Notes: generated by a model from the sequence alone, not told the origin. Positions 1-7,419 are shown, counted from the stretch's first letter. The stretch is DNA of 12,143 bases from Candidatus Omnitrophota bacterium (GCA_043797665.1 JAZDPL010000009.1:1-12143), one strand, 5' to 3'. Made by a program: numbers and translations.

Positions 1-306
1 TGGAGCATGCCGAGTTTGGGGAAGGGCTCGTCAAAATCCCTGCAAACAACAACTGCCGAAACGGCAAACTATCTGGCGGCATAATGCCGTCACTCCCCTC
101 TGACTGCCTGTGGTTGGAGTGCGGAGCGGAAACAGGCTCTGATTCTTCACTCTGTCTTGAGGTGAAGAAGCGAGAACTAAATCGGGGCTACGGTCAGACC
201 ATCCTGCCGACGGGAGGGTCTGACAATAAGACAAAACACCGGACAAGCATGTAGTGCCAACCGCTCTTTATTCCAGGACGGGGGTTCACTACCCCCCGCC
301 TCCACC
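1..306 (+). ncRNA. ssrA: tmRNA, 5' end truncated by the window edge
   Basis: GCATGCCGAG near the start with matching AAGCATGTAG at 245-254. pk1-like pairings CGAG(11-14)/CTCG(27-30) and GGGA(19-22)/TCCC(37-40). AACT then resume codon GCC, reading AETANYLAA-TAA with the stop in hairpin CGGCA-TAA-TGCCG. T-arm GGGGG(280-284)/CCCCC(292-296). Acceptor 3' strand CGCCTCC (297-303, U70 at 301), then A-CC. Confidence 0.95.
55..84 (+). other. tmRNA proteolysis tag reading frame, (A)AETANYLAA*
   Basis: GCC GAA ACG GCA AAC TAT CTG GCG GCA TAA directly after AACAACT; the C-terminal LAA is typical of ssrA tags. Confidence 0.92.
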
Positions 307-331
307 TACGCTGAAACTTCGGTGGATACAG
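301..331. repeat. Imperfect palindromic REP-like element at the tmRNA 3' end
   Basis: TCCACC-TACGCTGAAACTTC-GGTGGA-TACAG, followed immediately by a second TCCACC(A) at 332-338. Confidence 0.6.
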
Positions 332-367
332 TCCACCATCCCACCGATTATCAACCCAGGAACGGAC

Positions 368-396
368 TTGACAATGTAAATAATTTACGGTATAAT
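368..396 (+). promoter_or_regulatory. Consensus sigma70 promoter for the operon
   Basis: TTGACA (368-373), 17-bp spacer, TATAAT (391-396); both boxes are perfect. Confidence 0.9.
375..389. promoter_or_regulatory. Putative RpiR-family operator O1, in the promoter spacer
   Basis: TGTAAATAATTTACG with palindromic core GTAAAT-A-ATTTAC; resembles TGTA-N7-TACA boxes of HexR/RpiR regulators. Confidence 0.7.
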
Positions 397-404
397 TATT
401 ATAA

Positions 405-1301
405 ATGAAAATAATTTACAAACCGGACCGGACACAAAACTCCCATAACTGCCTCTCGCGCCTGAAAGTACTTGCCCTCAGTAAGTCCAAAACTTCAACC
501 GTTATCGCCAAATATCTTTTAGACCATACCCGAAATGTTACGCACCTGACCATCTCGGAACTCGCCCAAGAAATAGGGACCAGTGTGGCCACTATCTCCA
601 GATTCTGCAACCGCCTGGGCTACCGGAATTTTCGCACCTTCAGTCTGGCTCTGGCATCTTCGTTGGTCAACAACGGCTCTCCTATTTCTGACATCTTCCA
701 GCCCGGAGATAAGCCCGGGGCAATCGTGAAAAAGGCTTTTGCCATCAACCGCCAGAGCCTTTCCGATACCGAAGCCATCCTTAAAAACGACGAGGTAATC
801 TCGGTGGTGAAACTGTTCCGACGCAGGGGGAAGGTCTTCCTTTTCGGAATCGGCGGCTCCGGTCTGATTGCCAAAATCGGGGCGCTAAGATTTACCGCAC
901 TTGGTATAACTGCGTTAGCGATTTCTGACCCCTATGAGGGACTTCTATCTTTGACTTCAGGCACTAAAGACGACGTGGCGATTGGAATCAGCCATACCGG
1001 CCGGAGTGCCGGAACATTGAACCTGATAAGGTTAGCCCGGACCAAATGCCTCAAGACCGTGGGGATAACGAATTATCTGGATTCACCTCTGGCAAAATCG
1101 GTTGATTTCCTTCTTTTGACTTCATTTCCGGAGCGACGGGTAAATGCGGCGGTCTCTTCGTCCCGCATCGCCCAGATGTGCATTCTGGACGCCCTCTATT
1201 TTCTTACCGCTTACTATCAAGGTAAAAAGGCGGAAAGGGTTGCCCTGGATGTAGAAGTATCGGCCGAGAAGTTTTTACGATATGGGGTTGCTAAACAATA
1301 A
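405..1301 (+). CDS. MurR/RpiR-family transcriptional regulator (HTH + SIS domain)
   Basis: HTH LTISELAQEIGTSVATISRFCNRLGY; SIS motifs FGIGGSG, ISHTGRS, ITNYLDSPLAK and SSRIAQMCILDALY. Confidence 0.95.
   Translation: MKIIYKPDRTQNSHNCLSRLKVLALSKSKTSTVIAKYLLDHTRNVTHLTISELAQEIGTSVATISRFCNRLGYRNFRTFSLALASSLVNNGSPISDIFQPGDKPGAIVKKAFAINRQSLSDTEAILKNDEVISVVKLFRRRGKVFLFGIGGSGLIAKIGALRFTALGITALAISDPYEGLLSLTSGTKDDVAIGISHTGRSAGTLNLIRLARTKCLKTVGITNYLDSPLAKSVDFLLLTSFPERRVNAAVSSSRIAQMCILDALYFLTAYYQGKKAERVALDVEVSAEKFLRYGVAKQ
406..420. promoter_or_regulatory. Putative RpiR-family operator O2, overlapping the regulator start codon
   Basis: TGAAAATAATTTACA, 13/15 identical to O1 and offset by 31 bp. Confidence 0.65.
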
Positions 1302-1307
1302 AGGAGG
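1302..1307 (+). promoter_or_regulatory. Shine-Dalgarno site for the RLP gene
   Basis: AGGAGG ends 5 nt before ATG 1313. Confidence 0.8.
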
Positions 1308-1312
1308 AGAAG

Positions 1313-2659
1313 ATGTATGAACGGTACTATAATCCGGAGATTTTTGTCCAGACTTTTGATGGAATTGACCGGGACAACTACGTGGTTGCTACTTACTACA
1401 TGGATGATGTCCTTCCCGGCGAAGACTTTATCGACCATTTTACCCTGATTCAGGCAATGGCTTTAGAGGGTTCGACCGGAACTTGGGAAAAAGTAGCGGA
1501 GGACACCGCGGAGATGCGGCAGGTCTTTTCCAGTAAATTAGTCGGCTATTTTGAAATTCCAACCCCTGAACCAGATAGAAGGCAGGCGGTTGTTCAATTA
1601 GCTTTTCCCGTTGATGCCTGGGGCGACAATGTACCGATGATGCTCCTGGCCATTGCGGGAAACTGTTTTGCCTATAGTCCAAACTTGAGACTCCTTGACG
1701 TCTTTCTTCCCAAAAATTTTCTTGCCTTCTTCAAGGGACCAAAATTCGGTGTCCCCGGTATTCGGAAAATGCTTGGCGTACCGAAACGGCCCCTTTCGCT
1801 CCACATCATCAAACCAAAGATGGGTATGACCCCGCAGCAGGTGGCAAATCAATGTTATCAAACCGCCCTGGGCGGCGTGGATTTGATTAAGGACGATGAG
1901 ATGACCTCAGACGTATCCAACAACAACTATCTTGACCGGCTTAAAGCCGTAAGGGAAGCACTGGACAAGGCGGAATCAAAAACCGGGAAGAAAGTGATAT
2001 ATCTGCTAAGCATTACCCATGAACCCAAACAGATACTTGAACGTGCTTACAAAGCGGTGGAAGCCGGAGCAAACGGCCTTCTGGTAACCTATTCGGCGGG
2101 ATTGGGTTCTTTCCGTCAGCTGACGGAAGACCCCAAAATCAATGTCCCGGTTATGATGCACGGTTCCCATATGATTGCCGGGATGAAAAGCATCGCCTGG
2201 CCCGTATTTGCGAAGATGTGCCGGATATGCGGTGCGGATATGATGCTGACGCCCACGATGTGGTCTTCCATTCCGATGGTAAGTTTGGAAGAAGGCATCC
2301 GGACCAGCCAGGTGAAATTAGCACCGTTAGGACACATTAAGCCCACCTGGCCTATGCCGTGCGCCGGTGTCTATCCCGGGCTTGCCCCGGTCCTCATCGG
2401 CGAGTACGGATTGGATATCATCATACCGGCCGGCGGCGGAATGCTTGGCCATCCCGACGGATATACTGCGGGAGCAAAGGCGTGGCAGCAGGCAATTGCC
2501 GCGGTAATGTCTCCGGAGGAAAGTTTTCTGGATTTTGCCCGGAAACCTGAAAATAAAGAACTCCGCCGGGCGATTGAAAAGTGGGGCTACCTGGAAAGAC
2601 CTAAGTCTCCCTGGCTTCGGGTCGCACCAAAGTTTCATCCCAAAAAGATGGAGTTTTAA
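1313..2659 (+). CDS. RuBisCO-like protein (form IV RLP), not a CO2-fixing RuBisCO
   Basis: Has EGSTGTW, AGN, GPKFG, IIKPKMG, GGVDLIKDDE (carbamylated Lys/Mg motif) and AGGGMLGHPDG. Lacks equivalents of R295, H327 and loop-6 K334. Confidence 0.95.
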   Translation: MYERYYNPEIFVQTFDGIDRDNYVVATYYMDDVLPGEDFIDHFTLIQAMALEGSTGTWEKVAEDTAEMRQVFSSKLVGYFEIPTPEPDRRQAVVQLAFPVDAWGDNVPMMLLAIAGNCFAYSPNLRLLDVFLPKNFLAFFKGPKFGVPGIRKMLGVPKRPLSLHIIKPKMGMTPQQVANQCYQTALGGVDLIKDDEMTSDVSNNNYLDRLKAVREALDKAESKTGKKVIYLLSITHEPKQILERAYKAVEAGANGLLVTYSAGLGSFRQLTEDPKINVPVMMHGSHMIAGMKSIAWPVFAKMCRICGADMMLTPTMWSSIPMVSLEEGIRTSQVKLAPLGHIKPTWPMPCAGVYPGLAPVLIGEYGLDIIIPAGGGMLGHPDGYTAGAKAWQQAIAAVMSPEESFLDFARKPENKELRRAIEKWGYLERPKSPWLRVAPKFHPKKMEF

Positions 2660-4122
2660 TGAAAGGAACAAAAAAATTTCTCGCTTTTGACATCGGTGCC
2701 TCCAACGGCCGGGCAATGGCCGGTTTTTTTGACGGGGAAAAGATTATCCCTGAGGATATCCACCGGTTTGTAAATGAACCGGTCTTTGTCAACGAAAGTC
2801 TCCACTGGGATGTCTTGAGGATTTTTTCTGAGATGAAGACAGGGCTTTGCCTCTTTTCCAAGAAGTACGGCCGGGAACTCGACGGCATCGGGATTGATAC
2901 CTGGGGGGTTGACTTTGGACTCCTGGACAAAGATGGGAAATTGCTCAGTAATCCGTATCACTACCGGGATAACCGTACCGCCGGACTTGCGGAAGAGATA
3001 AAAGGAATGATTGACGGCTACGATATTTACCGAACAACCGGAGCGCAGATTACTTCTATCAGCACCCTGTGCCAGTTATATGCTATGGCAAAACAGAAAT
3101 CCCCGCAACTGAAAATAGCAAAAACCCTTCTGCTCATGCCCTCCCTGCTGAACTACTTTTTGAACGGGAAAATCTACGCGGAATATTCCAGCATCACACC
3201 GACCGGCCTCTTTGATATCGTCAGAAATAAACCCGCTTACAAATTCTTCCGGAGACTTGGTATTCCTCCCAATCTCATTCCCAAGGTTGTCCGGCCCGGG
3301 ACAATAATAGGGAGCCTGGAAAAAGTCCCCATTATTGCACCGGCAACCCACGATACCGCCAGTGCGGTCATCTCGGTTCCCGCGGACAGCGATAAAGAAT
3401 GGGCATTTTTAAGTTGTGGGACCTGGTCGGTCCTTGGTTTTGAATCCGGCCGACCGGTAACCACACCCGAAGCATACGGACAGGGGATTATCAATGTTGC
3501 CACTGCCGAAGGTAAGTTTGCCACGGTTGCGAATATTACCGGTCTGTGGCTCCTTCAGGAATGTAAAAGAATATGGGAGAATAACGGAACATTTCTAAAA
3601 TATCCGGAGATGGTGGAATTGGCAAAAAAGGCCCGGCCTTTTTCCGCACTTATAGACGTTGACCATCGTACCTTTGTCAGACCGGATAATATGCCCAATG
3701 CGATCGCGGATTTCTGCCGGAGAACAGACCAGCAACCTCCTTCTGATAAAGACGCTCTTATCCGTGTGGTCTTGGAAAGCCTGGCTTTGAAATACAAAGA
3801 GGCTAAAGATAAATTAGAACGGTTCCGGGGCAAAAAGTTTGAGGTCCTGCACCTGGTCGGAGGCGGGGCACACAACATACTTCTGTGCCAATTTACCGCC
3901 AATGCCTTAGGTATTCCTGTTCTGGCCGGTCCCTTTGAGGCAACCAGCCTGGGTAACATTCTGGCACAGATGGTTGGTGCTAAAGCAATCAGTTCTATTT
4001 CCGAAGGCCGCCGGATCTTGCGGAATTCCATAAAAGTTTCTCTTTATCAACCAAGGGATACCGAAAAGTGGACTGCGGAATACTACCGCTACCAAAAAAT
4101 TATTTCTAGGAAAATAATCTAA
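2659..4122 (+). CDS. Rhamnulokinase-like FGGY-family ketose kinase
   Basis: FDIGASNGR, GIDTWGVDFGLLD, YHYRDNRT, THDTASAV, SCGTWSVLG, NITGLWLLQE, VGGG and GPFEATSLGN. The ATG overlaps the RLP stop (TAATG). Confidence 0.93.
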   Translation: MKGTKKFLAFDIGASNGRAMAGFFDGEKIIPEDIHRFVNEPVFVNESLHWDVLRIFSEMKTGLCLFSKKYGRELDGIGIDTWGVDFGLLDKDGKLLSNPYHYRDNRTAGLAEEIKGMIDGYDIYRTTGAQITSISTLCQLYAMAKQKSPQLKIAKTLLLMPSLLNYFLNGKIYAEYSSITPTGLFDIVRNKPAYKFFRRLGIPPNLIPKVVRPGTIIGSLEKVPIIAPATHDTASAVISVPADSDKEWAFLSCGTWSVLGFESGRPVTTPEAYGQGIINVATAEGKFATVANITGLWLLQECKRIWENNGTFLKYPEMVELAKKARPFSALIDVDHRTFVRPDNMPNAIADFCRRTDQQPPSDKDALIRVVLESLALKYKEAKDKLERFRGKKFEVLHLVGGGAHNILLCQFTANALGIPVLAGPFEATSLGNILAQMVGAKAISSISEGRRILRNSIKVSLYQPRDTEKWTAEYYRYQKIISRKII

Positions 4123-4146
4123 TACAAACGCATTAAATATTTTAAC

Positions 4147-4223
4147 GTAGGGGTCGGATCCCTGTTTACTACACACAGGGACAGGTTTATCCGACCCGCG
4201 GGTTTGATAAATCAAACCCCTAC
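4147..4223. repeat. GTAG-type REP doublet 1 (77 bp) with a nested 27-bp hairpin insert
   Basis: GTAG-GGGTCGGA[TCCCTGTTTACTACACACAGGGACAGG]TTTATCCGACCC-GC-GGGTTTGAT-AA-ATCAAACCC-CTAC. Confidence 0.9.
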
Positions 4224-4254
4224 AAATGATGTAATATTACGAAAGGAGCCGAAT

Positions 4255-5232
4255 ATGCTTAAAAAGTTTAAATTGGGGGCTTGTCTTCCCGCATTCGGCT
4301 CTTGTGCCGATAGATATTGTCTTTCCGGATACGGCGGAGGCGGCAAGACCATGGAAGAGATGCTTGACTTAGCGGTCCAGGTGAAAGAACTTGACGGCCT
4401 GGAACTGGTAAGCAACTGGCATGTGAATGATAAAAACATCAATTATGTGCGAAAGATTTTCGCGGAAAATAATCTCAAGATTTGTATGGTGGTCCCTGAC
4501 CTGTGGACCCAGGCCAAATGGGGCAAGGGAAGCCTTGCCTCTAATAACCCCGGGATTCGCAGGGCGGCCATTGCCGAAATCAAAAAATCCATGGATTGGG
4601 CGGAAGGATTAGGGTGCGGGTACATTGACGTCTGGCCCGGACAGGATGGTTTTGATTACCCCTTTCAGGCAAACTTTCCGGATGCCTGGAAGTACTTGCG
4701 CGACGGAATTGCGGAATGTTCGGTCTACAACAAAAAGGTACGACTTCTGGTGGAGTACAAACTCAAAGAACCCCGGACACACTGTTTTATAAACAGCGCG
4801 GCCAAGACCATTCTGCTCCTGCAGGGTCTTAAAAATGTCGGATGCCTCCTTGACGTGGGTCACAGCCTTGCCTCCGGCGAGAACATGGCTGAGGCGGCCG
4901 CACTCCTTGCCGATTACGGAATGCTGGATTACCTGCATCTTAATGACAACTACCGGCTCTGGGACGACGACATGCTGGTCGGAGCAGTAAATATTCCGGA
5001 ATACCTGGAATTAGTCTTCTGGCTCTGGGAACTGGATTATTCCGGGTGGCTGACCCTGGACATTTTCCCGTATCGCGAAGAAAAAATACCCGCGGTCAGA
5101 AACTGTTTTGAATGGTTAAACGCCCTTTTTACTGCGGTGGAAAGAATCGGACTGGAGAAAATTCAGCAGGTGATTCAAAAGGGGGATGCCAACGAGTCGT
5201 CCCGCCTTGTCCGGGAAATGCTTTTCAAGTAG
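4255..5232 (+). CDS. Xylose isomerase-family (TIM barrel) aldose-ketose isomerase, substrate unknown
   Basis: VWPGQDG, VEYKLKEPR, LDVGHS, HLND, DDD and LDIFP metal/substrate motifs. Start moved from TTG 4204 (inside a REP) to ATG 4255, which has AAGGAG at 4243-4248. Confidence 0.88.
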   Translation: MLKKFKLGACLPAFGSCADRYCLSGYGGGGKTMEEMLDLAVQVKELDGLELVSNWHVNDKNINYVRKIFAENNLKICMVVPDLWTQAKWGKGSLASNNPGIRRAAIAEIKKSMDWAEGLGCGYIDVWPGQDGFDYPFQANFPDAWKYLRDGIAECSVYNKKVRLLVEYKLKEPRTHCFINSAAKTILLLQGLKNVGCLLDVGHSLASGENMAEAAALLADYGMLDYLHLNDNYRLWDDDMLVGAVNIPEYLELVFWLWELDYSGWLTLDIFPYREEKIPAVRNCFEWLNALFTAVERIGLEKIQQVIQKGDANESSRLVREMLFK

Positions 5233-5305
5233 GGGTTCGATCCCTGTTTAACCCATACAGGGACATGTTTATCGAACCCGCGGGCGCCATAAATGGCGCC
5301 CCTAC
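5229..5305. repeat. GTAG-type REP doublet 2 (77 bp) with a nested 27-bp insert; supplies the isomerase stop codon
   Basis: GTAG-GGGTTCGA[TCCCTGTTTAACCCATACAGGGACATG]TTTATCGAACCC-GC-GGGCGCCAT-AA-ATGGCGCCC-CTAC; TAG 5230-5232 is the stop. Confidence 0.9.
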
Positions 5306-5337
5306 ATTGAGAAATTCGTATTCTCACGGGAATTAAA

Positions 5338-6306
5338 ATGGAAAACAAGATATCCTCAAAAATCCTCCTTGACATGTACCGGAAGATGAAGGAGATTCGC
5401 CATTTTGAAGATACCGTGTATTTCATGTTCCTGGAAGGTATCCTTCCCGGAACGGTGCATCTCTACCAGGGTCAGGAAGCAATTGCGGCCGGCGTCTGTG
5501 CAAATTTGACCAGAGAGGACGTGATTCTCTCCACGCACCGGCCCGATGGCCACGCCATCGCCAAAGGGGTATCCTTGCGTTCCTGCATGGCAGAATTCTT
5601 CGGCAAAGCCACCGGCTGCTGCAAGGGAAAGGGCGGCGCCATGCACCTGGGCGATATTGAGGTGGGCATGCCTCCGGCGATTGCGATTGTTGCCGGAGGA
5701 GTACCGCTTGCCTGCGGTGCCGGCCTGGCGTTCAAATTCCAGAAGAAAAAGAATGTGGCGGTAACCTTCTTCGGTGATGGGGCTACCAACGAAGGGGTGT
5801 GGCACGAGTCTATGAATATGGCTTCCCTCTGGGACTTACCGGTAATATTTGTCTGCGAGAATAACCTTTACGGCGCCTCAACCCACATTACCAGGGTGAT
5901 GAAAATACCGGATATCGCCAAGCGTGCCGATGCCTACGGGATACCCGGATTGGCGGTGGATGGAAATAACGTAATAGAAGTATACAAAACAACCCGGAAT
6001 GCGGTGGAAAAAGCAAAAGCGGGTGACGGTCCTACCTTGATTGAATGCAAGACCTACCGGAGAAGCGGACATTCCCGGGGGGACGCAAACCAATACCGGG
6101 ATAAAGACGAAGAAAAAGAGTGGCTGGCAAGAGACCCCATTATCATTGCTCAAAACAGGCTGAAGGACCTGGGAATTCTTACGGAAGAGAAGATCAAAAA
6201 GATTGACGAAGAAGTAAAGGCGGAAATAGAAGAAGCGGTTCAATTTGCTAAAAACAGTCCTTTTCCGGCAATAGAAGATGCCGGCGAAGACCTCTGGGCA
6301 GAATAA
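5338..6306 (+). CDS. TPP-dependent dehydrogenase E1 alpha subunit (AcoA/PdhA-like)
   Basis: HLYQGQEA, STHRPDGH, GKGGAMH, TPP motif GDGATNEG...CENNLY, VDGNN and TYRRSGHSRGD. Confidence 0.95.
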   Translation: MENKISSKILLDMYRKMKEIRHFEDTVYFMFLEGILPGTVHLYQGQEAIAAGVCANLTREDVILSTHRPDGHAIAKGVSLRSCMAEFFGKATGCCKGKGGAMHLGDIEVGMPPAIAIVAGGVPLACGAGLAFKFQKKKNVAVTFFGDGATNEGVWHESMNMASLWDLPVIFVCENNLYGASTHITRVMKIPDIAKRADAYGIPGLAVDGNNVIEVYKTTRNAVEKAKAGDGPTLIECKTYRRSGHSRGDANQYRDKDEEKEWLARDPIIIAQNRLKDLGILTEEKIKKIDEEVKAEIEEAVQFAKNSPFPAIEDAGEDLWAE

Positions 6307-6314
6307 AAAAAGTA

Positions 6315-6347
6315 TGTCATTCCCGCGGATAATAAGCGGGAATCCAG
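6315..6347. repeat. YGTC-type / dRS3-like palindromic repeat
   Basis: TGTC-ATTCCCGC-GGATAATAA-GCGGGAAT-CCAG resembles the GTCATTCCCGC...GCGGGAATCCA repeat family. Confidence 0.7.
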
Positions 6348-6359
6348 AATAAGGAACAG

Positions 6360-7373
6360 ATGCCAAGGTTGACTTATGTCCAGGCCTTAAGAGAGGCAAT
6401 CAGGGAAGAGATGCAGCGCGACCAACGGGTCTTCTGTATCGGTGAGGATATCGGTATCACCAAGGGGTTCGGCGGTGCCTTTACCGTAACCTTAGACCTT
6501 TCCGAGGAATTTGGTCACGAAAGAATTCTGGATACCCCTATTTCCGAAGCCGGATTCCTCGGCATCGCCATCGGTGCGGCAATGATGGGAATGCGGCCCA
6601 TCGCCGACGTCCAGTACGGTGACTTCCTCTTTTGTGCCATGGACCAGATTGTCAACCAGGCAGGTAAACTGCGCTATATGTCCGGCGGCAAAGTAAAAGT
6701 CCCCCTTGTCCTGCGTGCGCCGGTGGGCGCAACCCAGCGGGGAGCCCAGCACAGCCAGTCGGTGGAGTCATACTTCACCCACTGTCCCGGCTGGAAAATT
6801 GCCTGTCCCGCCAACGCTTACGACGCAAAGGGCCTTCTTAAGACCGCAATCCGGGACGACAACCCGGTCCTCTTCTTTGAACATAAAAAACTTTACGGCG
6901 CCAAAGGTATCCGGAAAGTAGAGGGAAGTTTAGATGCCTCATCCGAAGTACCGGACCAGGAGTATCTCATACCTTTTGGGAAGGCGCAAATCGTCCGGCC
7001 AGGACAGGACGTTACCATACTTGCCAACCTGCGGATGGTTTACGAATCATTGGCAGCCGCGGAAGAGTTAAGCCGGGAAGGCATTGAGGCTGAGGTGATT
7101 GACCCGCGGACCCTTATTCCTTTTGATTACCGGACCCTGGCCGATTCCCTGAAGAAGACCCACCGCCTGGTAATCGTCCATGAGGACAATCTTACCGGCG
7201 GCTGGGCCAGCGAGATTTCTGCCCGGGTCTGCAGTGAGATGTTTGATTATCTTGACGCGCCAATCCAGAGGGTCTGCGCACCGGATACGCCGGTCCCTTT
7301 TTCGCCGCCGCTGGAAAAGTCTTATCTCCCGGACAAGGAGAAAATTAAAAAAACGATAAAAAATTTGTGGTAG
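6360..7373 (+). CDS. TPP-dependent dehydrogenase E1 beta subunit (AcoB/PdhB-like)
   Basis: GEDIG, DTPISEAG, GMRPI, DQIVNQAGK, AQHSQ, PVLFFEHK, EVIDPRTL and YLDAPIQRV. Confidence 0.95.
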   Translation: MPRLTYVQALREAIREEMQRDQRVFCIGEDIGITKGFGGAFTVTLDLSEEFGHERILDTPISEAGFLGIAIGAAMMGMRPIADVQYGDFLFCAMDQIVNQAGKLRYMSGGKVKVPLVLRAPVGATQRGAQHSQSVESYFTHCPGWKIACPANAYDAKGLLKTAIRDDNPVLFFEHKKLYGAKGIRKVEGSLDASSEVPDQEYLIPFGKAQIVRPGQDVTILANLRMVYESLAAAEELSREGIEAEVIDPRTLIPFDYRTLADSLKKTHRLVIVHEDNLTGGWASEISARVCSEMFDYLDAPIQRVCAPDTPVPFSPPLEKSYLPDKEKIKKTIKNLW

Positions 7374-7419
7374 GGGTCGGATTTATCCGACCCGCGGGCT
7401 CAATGAAGTGAGCCCCTCC
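7370..7419. repeat. GTAG-type REP doublet 3 (50 bp); supplies the E1 beta stop codon
   Basis: GTAG-GGGTCGGAT-TT-ATCCGACCC-GC-GGGCTCAAT-GA-AGTGAGCCC-CTCC. The right unit is slightly degenerate; TAG 7371-7373 is the stop. Confidence 0.88.

Noticed and set aside
143..224. Hairpins TTCTTCAC/GTGAAGAA and GTCAGACC/GGTCTGAC as separate elements
   Set aside because: They are explained as internal tmRNA helices.
31..246. 71-aa minus-strand ORF
   Set aside because: It is antisense to the tmRNA and has no recognisable motifs.
1313..2659. True RuBisCO (rbcL/cbbM) or methionine-salvage mtnW
   Set aside because: K334, R295 and H327 equivalents are missing, and there are no prk, rbcS or mtn genes nearby.
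4204..4254. N-terminal extension of the isomerase from TTG 4204
   Set aside because: That start lies inside REP doublet 1; ATG 4255 has a good Shine-Dalgarno site.
2659..7373. Gene symbols rhaB, xylA/rhaA and pdhAB/acoAB
   Set aside because: The families are clear but substrate specificity is not, and the context lacks rhaD and E2/E3.
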